Positions 44,609 through 55,587 are shown, counted from the stretch's first letter. The stretch: DNA of 64,000 nucleotides from an uncultured Bacteroidota bacterium (GCA_963783435.1 CAWANQ010000004.1:948428-1012427); one strand, 5' to 3'. Numbers and translations: made by a program. The notes: a model not told the origin generated them from the letters alone.

Positions 44609-45592
44609 TTAAACAGAAAGGATTTCCACCATCAGCATTTGTTCAGGATCTACTTTCTTCTTCACTTTTATCACCTTCCTGAAAGGGACAAGATCCAGTT
44701 CCGAATTATGGAATCCGACCATTACACTCTTCTGGTCATCCATAAGGGCCTCAATGGCTGCAAAGCCAAGCTTACTGGCACTCACCCTATCGTAAGCCGA
44801 AGGGGTCCCTCCTCGCTGGATATGTCCCAAAACGGAAACCCTCACATCATAATTCTTGAAATCCTCTTTTACCATGTTGGCTATGGCAAAGGCTCCTCCC
44901 TCTTCATCCCCCTCTGCTACAATAATGATGTTGCTGGACTTTTTCCTCTTAAAACCCTTCTCGAGGTAAGCTTTGAGATCTTCAGCCTGATGGTGGATCT
45001 CCGGAATAAGGATGGCCTCTGCACCGCTGGCAATTCCGCTCTCCAGGGCTATAAAACCAGCATCCCGGCCCATCACTTCCACAAAGAAGAGCCGGTTGTG
45101 ACTACCCGCCGTGTCCCTGATTTTGTCCACCGCTTCCACCACTGTGTTGAGTGCGGTATCATACCCTATGGTATAATCTGTTCCATAAATGTCATTGTCA
45201 ATGGTGCCTGGAATTCCCACAAAGGGGATGTCGAAATATTCATCACAAAATACCCTGGCTCCGGTAAGGGAACCATCACCTCCGATTACCACCACTGCAT
45301 CAATTCCCTCTTCCTTCAGATTATCATAGGCCATTTTTCGACCCTCTGGTTCCATAAACTCCTTGCTCCTGACGGTCTTTAATATGGTCCCGCCCCTGGC
45401 CAGGATATCACTCACACTATTTGCCTTCAACTCGATAAAATCCTTATGGATCATGCCATGGTATCCCTGGCGAATCCCCACCACTTCCAGTCCGTAATAG
45501 ATCGCTGTTCGGGTAACTCCCCTGATGGCTGCATTCATGCCAGGGGCATCTCCTCCTGAAGTCAGCACCCCAACTTTCTTAATTTTCCCCAT
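44609..45592 (-). CDS. pfkA: ATP-dependent 6-phosphofructokinase
   Basis: 327 aa. Motifs GVLTSGGDAPGMNAAIRGV, VIGGDGS, PGTIDND, VMGR. Confidence 0.95.
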   Translation of the reverse strand: MGKIKKVGVLTSGGDAPGMNAAIRGVTRTAIYYGLEVVGIRQGYHGMIHKDFIELKANSVSDILARGGTILKTVRSKEFMEPEGRKMAYDNLKEEGIDAVVVIGGDGSLTGARVFCDEYFDIPFVGIPGTIDNDIYGTDYTIGYDTALNTVVEAVDKIRDTAGSHNRLFFVEVMGRDAGFIALESGIASGAEAILIPEIHHQAEDLKAYLEKGFKRKKSSNIIIVAEGDEEGGAFAIANMVKEDFKNYDVRVSVLGHIQRGGTPSAYDRVSASKLGFAAIEALMDDQKSVMVGFHNSELDLVPFRKVIKVKKKVDPEQMLMVEILSV

Positions 45593-45633
45593 GTTGCATA
45601 TTAAAATTTAGACCAAAATTAAGTAAAAATGTG

Positions 45634-46521
45634 TTAAGAAAGGCTTAACCTTTTGACCTCTTCCTTTACCTTCTGAAGTTGATCCATGGAGGTGGAAGTG
45701 GCTCCACTGATGCCTATGGATTCAACATCCTGTAACCACCGAGGATCTATATCCTTTACACCCGATATCCAATGGGTTATGGGATTAACAGACTTGCAAT
45801 ACTCATAAAGCATCTTTCCATTGGCGGAGTTTTTTCCACTGACAAAAAGAACAAGGTCAAAATCCTTTGCAAATGCAGCAAGAACCGGTTTCCGCCTCTT
45901 CATCTGGCCACAGATGGTGCAGTCGGATAGCAGCAGACCTCCCTCCTTCAAATTTGCAGAATGATTAAGATGGGCCTTCAGCCCCTCCTCCACCTCCTTG
46001 TAAAGTTCAGGATCCATGGTGGTCTGGGAAAAGAGAAGAATTCCCTTTGTCGGATCTACGGCAGGTATGTCTTTCATTGAATTTACCACTATGGCATCGC
46101 CATCCACCTGTCCCAAAAGACCTATGGTTTCCGGATGGTCTGATTTTCCGAAAATAACCAGCTGTTGGGTATCCCGATCCATCCTGGAATAGACCTTAGA
46201 AATTTTATTCTGAAGCCGGGTAACAATGGGACAAGTGCCATCGATGATCTCTATGTCGTGTTCCCTGGCCAGCCGGTATGTATCCGGAGGTTCACCATGA
46301 GCCCTTAGAAGTACCTTGCCTGACTTTATTTCACCAAGCTCGCTGTGGGTTATGGTTTTTAATCCCAGGGTTTCCAGTCGCAACACCTCCTGGCTGTTAT
46401 GAACCATCTCTCCAAGACCATATAAAGGGGTTCCTTCCCGGAGATGAGTCTCCGCAGTTTTAATTACCTGGTCCACTCCAAAACAGAATCCGGCACTCGA
46501 ATCCACCTCAACCTTCTTCAT
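45634..46521 (-). CDS. ispH: 4-hydroxy-3-methylbut-2-enyl diphosphate reductase
   Basis: 295 aa. Three cluster cysteines in typical contexts (AGFCFGV, DGTCPIV, DCTICGQ). Confidence 0.9.
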   Translation of the reverse strand: MKKVEVDSSAGFCFGVDQVIKTAETHLREGTPLYGLGEMVHNSQEVLRLETLGLKTITHSELGEIKSGKVLLRAHGEPPDTYRLAREHDIEIIDGTCPIVTRLQNKISKVYSRMDRDTQQLVIFGKSDHPETIGLLGQVDGDAIVVNSMKDIPAVDPTKGILLFSQTTMDPELYKEVEEGLKAHLNHSANLKEGGLLLSDCTICGQMKRRKPVLAAFAKDFDLVLFVSGKNSANGKMLYEYCKSVNPITHWISGVKDIDPRWLQDVESIGISGATSTSMDQLQKVKEEVKRLSLS

Positions 46522-47219
46522 GAGTCAGACCTTATCTCGTCAAACCTCTCCCTGAACCACACCATCTGCTCCTCTACAGTCATTTCGCTGTTATCCAGCA
46601 CAAGGGCATCATCTGCCTTCACAAGGGGACTGTCCTCTCTGTTGGAATCAATGTGATCCCGCTTCACCAGATTTTGATGTACTTCTTCCAGTTCAACAGC
46701 CATACCCTTCTCAATAAGCTCCTTATATCGCCTCATGGCCCTAACCTCCGGCGATGCGGTAAGAAATATCTTCATCTCGGCCTTCGGGAATACCACGGTA
46801 CCAATATCCCGTCCATCCATCACCACCCCCTTTTCTTCTCCCAATTTCCGCTGATACTCCACCATCTTCTTTCTCACCGGGGAGATGGTAGCGATGTAAC
46901 TAACGTGATCGGCAACTTCCATTCTACGGATCAGATCTTCGACCATGCGGCCGTTTAAAAATATCTCGGTTCTCTGCTTCTCTGGATTAAACTTGAGGTT
47001 CAGTTCCACCGTTTTGAGTAACTCTTCTATCAATTCAATGGATGGAGCATCTGTCTTATCAAACAGTCCCTTTTCCATAGCCGCCATTGTAACAGATCGG
47101 TACATAGCCCCTGTGTCGATGTAGGCATATCCAATCTCTTTGGCAATTCGTTTCGCATAGGTGCTCTTCCCACAGGAGGAGTGACCGTCAAGTGCAATGA
47201 TGATTTTATGATTTTTCAA
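46518..47219 (-). CDS. cmk: Cytidylate kinase
   Basis: 233 aa. Motifs IIALDGHSSCGKST and YIDTGAMYR. 4-nt overlap with ispH. Confidence 0.95.
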   Translation of the reverse strand: MKNHKIIIALDGHSSCGKSTYAKRIAKEIGYAYIDTGAMYRSVTMAAMEKGLFDKTDAPSIELIEELLKTVELNLKFNPEKQRTEIFLNGRMVEDLIRRMEVADHVSYIATISPVRKKMVEYQRKLGEEKGVVMDGRDIGTVVFPKAEMKIFLTASPEVRAMRRYKELIEKGMAVELEEVHQNLVKRDHIDSNREDSPLVKADDALVLDNSEMTVEEQMVWFRERFDEIRSDS

Positions 47220-47272
47220 TTCCGCAGTTTTATGTTCGCAAATATAGTGTTTTGCCTACTGCGGTAAATGGA

Positions 47273-48325
47273 TCAGGGTTGCTTTTTGTAGAACTCGGAA
47301 AGGTTTGTGGTAAGTGAGAAGTGATTGGTGCCACCTACCAGGTGATAAGAAGCCCTCCCGAAGGCAAAATGAAATTTGGATACTCTAAATCCAAAACCTG
47401 CCGAGAAACCAACCATTCCAGGCTTCGCATTCACCTTCATTTCCTGCCTTCTCTTATAGTTGTATCCAAAATCGATATGAAAATTATCTCCAAGCAGAAA
47501 TTCCACCCCAAATACCAGGTGCCTCATCAGCTTATCTCCAAACACATCAAATCCACTCTTCTCCACTTCCTCACCCGTTGAGTTGAATTCGTTGTCACTG
47601 CTAGTGCGATAGGTCAGGTCCCAGCGCTCAAGGTTCTGATAAGTAAGATTAAAGCGAAAAGGGGCATGTGCCAGCCCCTGGGTAATTCCGGCCTGAATCT
47701 CAAATGGCAGACTCTCCCTGGTTCCCGTATAGGATGTGATTTGTGCTCCCATATTCTTAGCCACCAATCCCAGGGTGGTCATGGACCTTGGATTGTGATA
47801 TGCGATTCCCACATCCATGGCCATCCCAAATGAGTTATACTGCTCAAAGGATGAGTAGATGGGCTTAAGGTTTACACCTGCGGTCAGGAAGGTGTCTATG
47901 ATGGATCTGGAATAGACCAGATTCAGGGCGTACTCCGAAGCCCTGAAGGTACCCAGATTCTGGCCAAGTTCATCGGTCCGGTCAAAGGTGCCATAGTCCA
48001 CATAGTGCATCCCCACTGCAAAGTTCCCCACATTCTCCCTGGAGTAGCCATAGGAGGCGTAGCCATAATTTACACCCGCAAAATAATCTACATAGTTAAA
48101 ATTAAGGTGGTTATGCATCCCTGAGGAGAGCAAGGCCGGATTGTGAAATACCAGGTTAATGTCGTCGTCCATTAAGGAGACTACCTCCCCGCCCAATGCG
48201 GATACCCTGGCAGAGTTGGTCAGCCCCAGAAAACTGTAGGTCGACTCCCCTCCCTTCTGGGCCATCCCCAATTGCAACAGTAAAAACAACAAACCGATGC
48301 TGAGTGTGCACTTCCTCATGTTCAT
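47273..48325 (-). CDS. porQ: PorQ-like T9SS outer-membrane beta-barrel protein
   Basis: 350 aa with a signal peptide. N-terminal GGESTYSFLGLTNSARVSALGGEVVSLMDDDINLVFHNPALL recalls PorQ-family proteins. Assignment is from memory of the family pattern. Confidence 0.5.
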   Translation of the reverse strand: MNMRKCTLSIGLLFLLLQLGMAQKGGESTYSFLGLTNSARVSALGGEVVSLMDDDINLVFHNPALLSSGMHNHLNFNYVDYFAGVNYGYASYGYSRENVGNFAVGMHYVDYGTFDRTDELGQNLGTFRASEYALNLVYSRSIIDTFLTAGVNLKPIYSSFEQYNSFGMAMDVGIAYHNPRSMTTLGLVAKNMGAQITSYTGTRESLPFEIQAGITQGLAHAPFRFNLTYQNLERWDLTYRTSSDNEFNSTGEEVEKSGFDVFGDKLMRHLVFGVEFLLGDNFHIDFGYNYKRRQEMKVNAKPGMVGFSAGFGFRVSKFHFAFGRASYHLVGGTNHFSLTTNLSEFYKKQP

Positions 48326-48350
48326 ATTAAACGTCCATAGGTCAACAATA

Positions 48351-49406
48351 TTATTCAGTTAGGCTATTTAGAATATGCGCTTCGCTCCTTTCCACCCACT
48401 TCCTGAATACCTCAGGATTGGATGGCTTCATTCGACTCGTAATAGCAGATTCAATCCGATCTACATGCAATCCGATACCATGTTGTTCTATATCAAGCCC
48501 GTTGCATTTTTGTTCAAAATGATTAGCCGCCGGAATCACTGCCAGGGGTATGCCATGATATGCTGCCTCAGCTGCCACATCAAAGCCGGCGGTGGTAATC
48601 AAACCCTTGCAGGTGGCCATCATTTTTTTAAATGAACTCCCGCTCAATGAATGAATCCTGAGCCCGGCAGGAAGATCAATTTCGGGTATCTCATTTGTAA
48701 ACACATCTGCCAGGAACCGGGGATCTTGTCTTGCCATGGAGATCAAATCATAGATATAACCCTCCTTAAGAAGATATACCAGGTAGCTGTCGCCCCCTTG
48801 GTATTTCATCTCCCTATAGTCCCGCCTAATAAGGGGAGGCACTGCTTCAATAAGTGAATTTCCCTTTTGCTCACTGAAGGAGAGAGCCAGAATCCGGTCG
48901 CAGGAGCTCATGATGATCCTGGTATGCGCCGACAATAAGAACCGATGCCATCCGGGCTTTGTCTCTCCAAAATAGCCCTTCAGGTGAAGCAGGAAATGGT
49001 GACCTATCCCTATTCGCCGAATGGATTTTTTCACCTTCTTCAAAGCCAGTGCTCCAACCACATCATAAAAGTTGAAAACCACTTCGGGTTCAAGAAGATT
49101 GATTTCCTTTCTGATGCGTCGTACTTCACGAAGGTAAATGACCGAGCGAAACAGGTTGAACAAGAGGGTTCGACCCACGTAGATTCCCTTTCTATTTGGA
49201 GTACCCAGAAAATAGGGGCTTTGAAATGTTCGGATTGTATTTGGGAAATGGTCTCTAAGGTAATCCGGCAAAGAAGCTGAGTGGGATGTACCCACAAAAA
49301 CGGCCTGCACCAGATGACCTGCTTTCTCCAGGTACTCTTTAAGGGCAATAGATTGAGACATATGTCCCCGTCCCTCTCCCTGAACAATGAAAACACAATT
49401 AGCCAT
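48351..49406 (-). CDS. GT-B glycosyltransferase (MurG/UDP-glycosyltransferase-like)
   Basis: 351 aa. N-terminal VFIVQGEGRGHMSQSIAL and C-terminal ITTAGFDVAAEAAYHGIPLAVIP. Confidence 0.6.
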   Translation of the reverse strand: MANCVFIVQGEGRGHMSQSIALKEYLEKAGHLVQAVFVGTSHSASLPDYLRDHFPNTIRTFQSPYFLGTPNRKGIYVGRTLLFNLFRSVIYLREVRRIRKEINLLEPEVVFNFYDVVGALALKKVKKSIRRIGIGHHFLLHLKGYFGETKPGWHRFLLSAHTRIIMSSCDRILALSFSEQKGNSLIEAVPPLIRRDYREMKYQGGDSYLVYLLKEGYIYDLISMARQDPRFLADVFTNEIPEIDLPAGLRIHSLSGSSFKKMMATCKGLITTAGFDVAAEAAYHGIPLAVIPAANHFEQKCNGLDIEQHGIGLHVDRIESAITSRMKPSNPEVFRKWVERSEAHILNSLTE

Positions 49407-50301
49407 CTCTCTTTTTTAATCCGATGCCGCTGATCTGTGACATTAACAATCCCGCAATTACCACGAAGATACCCCCAATTTTCATAGCTGTCATGGATTC
49501 TTTTAAAAGCAGGTAGGCCACGATAGCGGTTACCACCGGAATCAGGTTTCCAAAGACATTGGCTTTGGCTGCTCCCAGTTCTCTGATCCCTATGGTAAGC
49601 AGAATAAAACAGATGCCCGATCCAAAAACACCCAGGTAGGTCACCGCCCAGAGACTCTCGGTTGATGCGGCCCTGATGTCCAGAGTGGGGAGTTCTACAA
49701 TAACAAAAAGAGGTAAAAACATGATAAGTCCGTAAAAACTCTGGAAAGCTGTGATGGTGATGGGATTGTAGTCATCGGCCAGTTTCTTAACAACCATGGT
49801 ATATGCCACTGCGGAAAAGACAGCTACAAACATCAGAAGGATTCCTTTGGGCTGTGCTGATAATCCTCCCGATTTTGCCATCACCACCATAAGAACCCCT
49901 GCAAATGAGATGACCAGTCCGATGCGATTCATCAGGGTCAGCTTCTCCTTAAATATCAGATAGGCGGCAAACGGCACAAACAGAGGAATTGTTGAAATTA
50001 TCACTGCTCCCACAGTAGCAGTGACCAAGGTGAGTCCGAAAGCTTCCCCAAGGAAATAGAAAAAGGGTTCGAATAGTGCCATCAAAAGGAACCAACCCTG
50101 GTCCCTTTTTTTAATTCGCTGCAATCTTTTTAAGGCAAAGGCAAATCCAAAAAGGAAAAATATGGATACAAAAAGGCGTAAGAATATAATGGAAATCGGT
50201 TGGAAAGACTCATAGGCATATTTAAAGGCTACAAATGTAAAACCCCAGAATACCATGCCCAGGATCACAAGGAAATAGACCCCCGATTTGGTCTTGCCCA
50301 T
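49399..50301 (-). CDS. EamA/DMT-family transporter
   Basis: 300 aa. About ten hydrophobic helices in two EamA-like halves. Confidence 0.85.
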   Translation of the reverse strand: MGKTKSGVYFLVILGMVFWGFTFVAFKYAYESFQPISIIFLRLFVSIFFLFGFAFALKRLQRIKKRDQGWFLLMALFEPFFYFLGEAFGLTLVTATVGAVIISTIPLFVPFAAYLIFKEKLTLMNRIGLVISFAGVLMVVMAKSGGLSAQPKGILLMFVAVFSAVAYTMVVKKLADDYNPITITAFQSFYGLIMFLPLFVIVELPTLDIRAASTESLWAVTYLGVFGSGICFILLTIGIRELGAAKANVFGNLIPVVTAIVAYLLLKESMTAMKIGGIFVVIAGLLMSQISGIGLKKRDG

Positions 50302-51518
50302 CAGGCTGCCTTCAGGCGCTTCAGGTTGGTTTTCTCCAGTTTCTCCCTGGCATATTTAATCCCGACGTTCATATCACCCGGATTCTCTTTGGAGGGCAAT
50401 TCGAACATGGCATCCATTATAATAGCCTCACATATGGATCTCAATCCCCTGGCACCCAGCTTGAATTCAAGTGCTTTCTGCACGATATAATCCAACACCT
50501 TTTCATCCCATGTAAGCTTGATACCATCCATTTCAAACAACTTTTCATATTGCTTGATGATGGCATTCCTGGGTTCGGTGAGTATTCTGCGAAGTGCCTT
50601 TTCATTTAATGGCTCCAGGTAGGTCAGTACAGGCAAGCGTCCAATGATCTCAGGGATCATTCCAAATGATTTCAAATCCTGTGGCGCCACATACTGCAGC
50701 AGGTTGTTTTTATCAACCCTGTCCACCTTCTTGGCAGCATTGTACCCTACTACCTGGGTATTGAGGCGATTGGCAATTTTTGATTCAATTCCATCAAAAG
50801 CTCCCCCACAAATAAACAAGATGTTCTTTGTATTTACCGGGATCATTTTCTGGTCGGGATGCTTTCTCCCACCCTGGGGCGGAACATTGATGACAGAACC
50901 TTCAAGAAGCTTCAAAAGCCCTTGCTGAACACCTTCTCCGGATACATCCCTGGTAATGGAAGGGTTGTCACTCTTGCGGGCAATTTTGTCTATTTCATCT
51001 ATAAAAACAATGCCTTTCTCAGCTGCCTCCACATTGTAGTCGGCCACCTGTAGCAGTCTCGTAAGTACACTTTCGATATCTTCACCCACGTAACCCGCCT
51101 CGGTCAGTACTGTGGCATCCACAATGGTGAATGGAACATGCAACATTCTGGCGATGGTTCGGGCCAGAAGTGTTTTCCCCGTTCCGGTTTCCCCCACCAT
51201 TACAATATTGGATTTCTCAATTTCGATCTCCTCCCGGCTCTCCTGCTGCATCAATCGCTTATAGTGATTGTATACGGCAACGGAGATATATTTTTTTGCC
51301 TCTTCCTGACCAATTACATAAAGATCCAGAAAACTCTTTATTTCGGTGGGTTTAAGCAGTTTGATCTGCCCCATATCAAACTCACCATGCACCCCCAGTT
51401 CTTCCTGGACTATGCTGTAAGCCTGTTCGATACAACGATCGCAAATGTGCCCGGATATCCCCGCTATTAATAGGTTGGTATCCTTTTTTTCCCTTCCGCA
51501 AAAAGAACAACGGTCCAT
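50301..51518 (-). CDS. clpX: ATP-dependent Clp protease ATP-binding subunit ClpX
   Basis: 405 aa. Zinc finger CSFCGR..CDRC, Walker [18 protein letters not shown]. Confidence 0.97.
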   Translation of the reverse strand: MDRCSFCGREKKDTNLLIAGISGHICDRCIEQAYSIVQEELGVHGEFDMGQIKLLKPTEIKSFLDLYVIGQEEAKKYISVAVYNHYKRLMQQESREEIEIEKSNIVMVGETGTGKTLLARTIARMLHVPFTIVDATVLTEAGYVGEDIESVLTRLLQVADYNVEAAEKGIVFIDEIDKIARKSDNPSITRDVSGEGVQQGLLKLLEGSVINVPPQGGRKHPDQKMIPVNTKNILFICGGAFDGIESKIANRLNTQVVGYNAAKKVDRVDKNNLLQYVAPQDLKSFGMIPEIIGRLPVLTYLEPLNEKALRRILTEPRNAIIKQYEKLFEMDGIKLTWDEKVLDYIVQKALEFKLGARGLRSICEAIIMDAMFELPSKENPGDMNVGIKYAREKLEKTNLKRLKAA

Positions 51519-52201
51519 TATTTCTTTTCTTTGGTCCTTAAAAGTATTTCGTCAATCATGCCATAGTCCTTGGCTTCAGCTGCTGTCATCCAGAAATCCC
51601 TGTCCCCGTCTTTCTCCACCTGTTCAATGGTTTTTCCCGAATGATCGGCAATGATGGCGTACAGCTCTTTCTTCATTTTGACTATCTCTCGGGTGGTAAT
51701 CTCGATGTCGGAGGCCTGTCCTTGCGCTCCGCCCATGGGTTGGTGAATCATGACACGGCTGTGCTTCAGGGCTGAACGTTTTCCAGCAGTCCCGGCAGCC
51801 AGCAGTACGGCACCCATGGAGGCAGCCATCCCAGTGCAAATGGTGGCTACATCACAGTTTGTATACTGCATGGTATCATATATTCCAAGTCCGGCATGTA
51901 CGCCTCCTCCTGGTGTATTAAAATATACCTGGATATCCTTATTGGGATCGGCCGAATCAAGGTAAAGCAGCTGAGCCTGAATAATATTGGCCACATAGTC
52001 GTCGATGGGAGCTCCCAGGAAGATGATGCGGTCCATCATTAGCCTGGAAAAAACATCCATGGAAGCTACATTTAACTGCCTCTCTTCAATAATAGTAGGG
52101 GAGATATAACTGTTATATTGAGAAGTAAACTGATGAAGCGATAGGCTGTTAATGCCCAAATGCTTGGTGGCAAACTTCTTAAAATCGTCCTGCTGGTTCA
52201 T
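51518..52201 (-). CDS. clpP: ATP-dependent Clp protease proteolytic subunit
   Basis: 227 aa. Motifs GMAASMGAVLL (Ser) and RVMIHQP (His). Confidence 0.97.
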   Translation of the reverse strand: MNQQDDFKKFATKHLGINSLSLHQFTSQYNSYISPTIIEERQLNVASMDVFSRLMMDRIIFLGAPIDDYVANIIQAQLLYLDSADPNKDIQVYFNTPGGGVHAGLGIYDTMQYTNCDVATICTGMAASMGAVLLAAGTAGKRSALKHSRVMIHQPMGGAQGQASDIEITTREIVKMKKELYAIIADHSGKTIEQVEKDGDRDFWMTAAEAKDYGMIDEILLRTKEKK

Positions 52202-52213
52202 AACAAATGTGCT

Positions 52214-53566
52214 TTATTTTTCGTACAATTTACGGAACTTCTCTGAACTGACCTCTTTCTCGTCAAGTTTGACAGTAGATTTAACGTAAGCAATGAGCTT
52301 CTCTTCGCCTTTCTGCTCATAGAATTTCCTGGATTCTTCAGGTTTTGACATCATCTCCTTTGCATAATTCTCAAGGTATTCTTCGGGAACATTTGAAATT
52401 CCATACTGGATGTATTGATTCAATGCCATTCCTTTAGCTGCCTCCAGCGCTTCCTCCTCCGAAACCTTGATGTCCTGCTGCTTTAACAGGTGTTCCTTGA
52501 TCAATTGCCAGCGAAAATCGTCCTCATACTTCTCAAAATCGGCTTCCACCTGCTCCTGGGTGAGGTTCTCATTGGCTTCAACCATCCAGCGCTTCAAAAA
52601 CTCAACGGGTAAATCAATTTTGGCTTTCTTGATCATAGATTCGCGGGCATCCACCATAAATCGGTATTCGCTTTCACGCTCATAATTTTTGGCAATTTCG
52701 TCCGAGATACGGACCATAAATTCCTCTTCAGATTTTACTTCTCCCTCGCCATAAAGCTTATCAAAAAGCTCCTGGCCCACAGTTGCTTTTTCAAACTTCA
52801 TCACCTCATTGATCACACACTTAAAGGTACCTTCCAGCATGGCAACCTCTTCCTTATCAATCCTCAGCAGTGAAGCAAGTTCGGCGTCATTGGGGAAGGC
52901 TTTTTTTACATCAAACACCACCTCATCACCTGCCTTGGTTCCACTGAAAAGAATTTTCTGATCGTCATCCTTCATCATTTCAAGTGACATGGAGATATTT
53001 TCCACACGGATCCCGTTCTCAACTTCCTGTCCCTCTTTGTCCACTTTAACGAGCAATCCCTTGATCAGTTCATCATTTCCGGCCTTATCCACAGCTGTAA
53101 ATTCGCCATGTTGCTGAAGCGTAGAATCCCTGTATTCCTCCTGCTGCTTCTTATCCACCTTGATCTTATAAAAAGGGATCTTATCTTTCGCGCTTACTTC
53201 AAGGGTGAGCTCAGGAGCCAGACCCAGGTCGAATTTAAACTCAAACTCCTTATCTTTCTCAAAATCAATATTCCCATCCTGGTCCTTGTGTGGAAGGGGT
53301 TCTCCCAGAATTCTTACATCATTATCTTTCAGATAGTTAAACAATGATTCGGAGACTAGCTTATTCACCTCGTCCACAAGCACCGGAGTATAGTACATCT
53401 TTTTTACAATACCCATGGGCACCTTTCCCGGCCTGAATCCATCTACCTGGGCCTTTCTTCTGTAATCTTTTAATACCTCGGTGACCTTTTCACTATAATC
53501 TGACTCTTCCACCTTCATATTGAGGATGGCATTTAACTGATCGGTATTCTCTTTTGTAATATTCAT
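52214..53566 (-). CDS. tig: Trigger factor
   Basis: 450 aa. Ribosome-binding motif GFRPGKVP. Lies upstream of clpP-clpX. Confidence 0.95.
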   Translation of the reverse strand: MNITKENTDQLNAILNMKVEESDYSEKVTEVLKDYRRKAQVDGFRPGKVPMGIVKKMYYTPVLVDEVNKLVSESLFNYLKDNDVRILGEPLPHKDQDGNIDFEKDKEFEFKFDLGLAPELTLEVSAKDKIPFYKIKVDKKQQEEYRDSTLQQHGEFTAVDKAGNDELIKGLLVKVDKEGQEVENGIRVENISMSLEMMKDDDQKILFSGTKAGDEVVFDVKKAFPNDAELASLLRIDKEEVAMLEGTFKCVINEVMKFEKATVGQELFDKLYGEGEVKSEEEFMVRISDEIAKNYERESEYRFMVDARESMIKKAKIDLPVEFLKRWMVEANENLTQEQVEADFEKYEDDFRWQLIKEHLLKQQDIKVSEEEALEAAKGMALNQYIQYGISNVPEEYLENYAKEMMSKPEESRKFYEQKGEEKLIAYVKSTVKLDEKEVSSEKFRKLYEK

Positions 53567-53594
53567 ATGATAAAAAAATAGTATACAAATTTAG

Positions 53595-53643
53595 AAAAAA
53601 AACCGCAATACTATCGAATTTAACACCCGATAGCATAGCGGTT
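53595..53643 (-). terminator. Rho-independent terminator after tRNA-Leu
   Basis: Hairpin at 53601-53643: AACCGCAATACTATCG pairs with CGATAGCATAGCGGTT, 14 of 16 pairs. On the minus strand a T-run follows (A-run 53595-53602). Confidence 0.7.
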
Positions 53644-53655
53644 TATGGTTTTAAT

Positions 53656-53740
53656 TGGTGCGGATGAAGGGACTCGAACCCACACTCCCGAAGGAACTAG
53701 ATCCTAAGTCTAGCGCGTCTACCAATTCCGCCACATCCGC
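53656..53740 (-). tRNA. tRNA-Leu (anticodon TAG), CCA encoded
   Basis: Hand-folded. Acceptor GCGGATG/CATCCGC, anticodon stem CTAGA/TCTAG with loop CTTAGGA, long variable arm TTCCTTCGGGA.., T loop TTCGAGT (one T-T mismatch in the T stem), 3' ACCA. Confidence 0.9.
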
Positions 53741-53793
53741 AAAATTCCCCGCAAATTTAATTCTTTTCTTCGGAATACAAAGGTGAGTGCCTA

Positions 53794-54516
53794 TTATCGA
53801 AGCTCAAAATTCTGTCCCAGGTACACTTTTCTTACCTGTTCGTCCTCGGCCAGATCTTTAGCAGTACCCGCTTTCAGAATGGTCCCTTCAAACATAAGGT
53901 ATGCCCTCTCGGTGATGGCCAGCGTCTCATGAACATTATGATCAGTTATCAGGATACCTATATTTTTTTCTTTAAGCTTCGAGACAATGTCCTGAATATC
54001 CTCTACAGCAATGGGGTCGACTCCGGCAAAAGGTTCGTCCAGCAGTATAAACTGAGGGCTTAAAGCAAGCGCCCTGGCTATCTCTGTTCGCCTGCGTTCT
54101 CCACCTGATAACTGGATTCCAAGGCTTTTCCTGATCTTGAGAAGACCGAACTCTGATAACAAGGACTCAACCTTGTCGTGTTGCTCACCTCGGGAAAGTT
54201 TAGACATCTCCAGAACCGCACGAATATTGTCTTCTACAGACAGTTTACGAAACACAGATGCTTCTTGCGCCAAATAGCCCAGGCCCATGCGTGCACGCTT
54301 GTAAACAGGCTCCTTGGTAATATCCTTATCATCGAGCATAATCGTGCCCTCATTGGGAGTGATCAGGCCTACAATCATGTAAAATGTAGTAGTTTTTCCT
54401 GCACCGTTGGGTCCCAGCAGACCCACAATCTCGCCTTGCTCCACGCTCACCGATACCTCGTCCACAACCCTTCGGCTTTTATACTTTTTGACAAGATTGT
54501 GTGTGTGCAGCTTCAT
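53794..54516 (-). CDS. lptB: LPS export ABC transporter ATP-binding protein
   Basis: 240 aa. Motifs [29 protein letters not shown]. Confidence 0.95.
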   Translation of the reverse strand: MKLHTHNLVKKYKSRRVVDEVSVSVEQGEIVGLLGPNGAGKTTTFYMIVGLITPNEGTIMLDDKDITKEPVYKRARMGLGYLAQEASVFRKLSVEDNIRAVLEMSKLSRGEQHDKVESLLSEFGLLKIRKSLGIQLSGGERRRTEIARALALSPQFILLDEPFAGVDPIAVEDIQDIVSKLKEKNIGILITDHNVHETLAITERAYLMFEGTILKAGTAKDLAEDEQVRKVYLGQNFELR

Positions 54517-54528
54517 GACATATAAGAT

Positions 54529-55587
54529 TTAACTCAGATCATCTTTGGGCGGTTCATCATCCGTATCAGATTCCGGGTCACCACTTTCTTCTTCACCTTT
54601 TTTCTTCGGGGCTTTCTTCTTAGTGGAAGTCACCTCACTGTCACTTGTGTCGCCCGTCTCCATCTCTTCAATATCACCCTTCACCTTTTCATCCTTTGAC
54701 GCAACTGGATTCTCTTTTTTAGGGGCTTTCTTTTTATTTTTAGGGGCCGCTTTTTTGTCATCTGATGCGTCCGGATCATTAAATTCCGCATCCTGCTGAC
54801 GAACGATTCTTCGGCTGATGCCGATACCGATCTCATAAAGGACCATAAGGGGCAAAGCTACAAGAACCTGGCTGAATACATCAGGGGGAGTAATAATAGC
54901 CGACAGGGTAACAATCAGAATAATGGAATGCCTCCGGTATCTTTTCAAAAAATCAGGGGTGACCAATCCAACCTTGCTCAGGAAATAAACCAGGATGGGT
55001 AATTGAAAAACCACCCCTGCCGCAAGCACCACTGAAGTAACGGTAGAAACGTATGAACGAAGTGTAGGAGCGCTGATCACGCTTTCACTTACTTTATAAT
55101 TTCCCAGGAAATTAACCGAGAGTGGAGCAATGATGTAGTAACCAAATGCAACTCCCAGTATAAAAAGAAGAGAGGTGTAAAAAACCGCACCAGATGCGGT
55201 CTGTTTCTCTTTGTCATAGAGAGCGGGTACTATAAATCTCCAAAATTCCCAGAATACATAAGGAAAGGCGATCACAATTCCAGCGATCAGCGAAACCATA
55301 ATGTGCATGGAGAATTGTTCTGCCATCTTAACGGTTTGCAGGGTAAAAGGGTCCTGGTTGATACAGATGCGTTGCAGGTTAAGAATTTCACCCAGCTGAC
55401 ATAACCACCTGTTCGTAGGAAAAGGAGGCTCTTTGGGAGCAAGGATGATTTTATCAAAAACGATATCCTTAAACACAAATGCCACGAGAGCAAGAATCAC
55501 TATGGCCACTATAGAACGTACCAGGTGCCAGCGCATTACTTCAAGGTGATCAAGAAAGGACATCTCGCCCTCTGGTTTGTTGCTCAT
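54529..55587 (-). CDS. tatC: Twin-arginine translocase subunit TatC with ~90-aa charged C-terminal tail
   Basis: Start taken at MSNKPEGEMSFLDHLEVMRWHL. Six TM helices. Lys/Glu/Asp/Pro-rich tail KKAAPKNKKKAPKKE..KKKAPKKKGEEE. Confidence 0.9.
   Translation of the reverse strand: MSNKPEGEMSFLDHLEVMRWHLVRSIVAIVILALVAFVFKDIVFDKIILAPKEPPFPTNRWLCQLGEILNLQRICINQDPFTLQTVKMAEQFSMHIMVSLIAGIVIAFPYVFWEFWRFIVPALYDKEKQTASGAVFYTSLLFILGVAFGYYIIAPLSVNFLGNYKVSESVISAPTLRSYVSTVTSVVLAAGVVFQLPILVYFLSKVGLVTPDFLKRYRRHSIILIVTLSAIITPPDVFSQVLVALPLMVLYEIGIGISRRIVRQQDAEFNDPDASDDKKAAPKNKKKAPKKENPVASKDEKVKGDIEEMETGDTSDSEVTSTKKKAPKKKGEEESGDPESDTDDEPPKDDLS

Noticed and set aside
44639-45382. 247-aa plus-strand ORF covering most of pfkA
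   Set aside because: pfkA on the opposite strand has all canonical motifs. The antisense translation has none.
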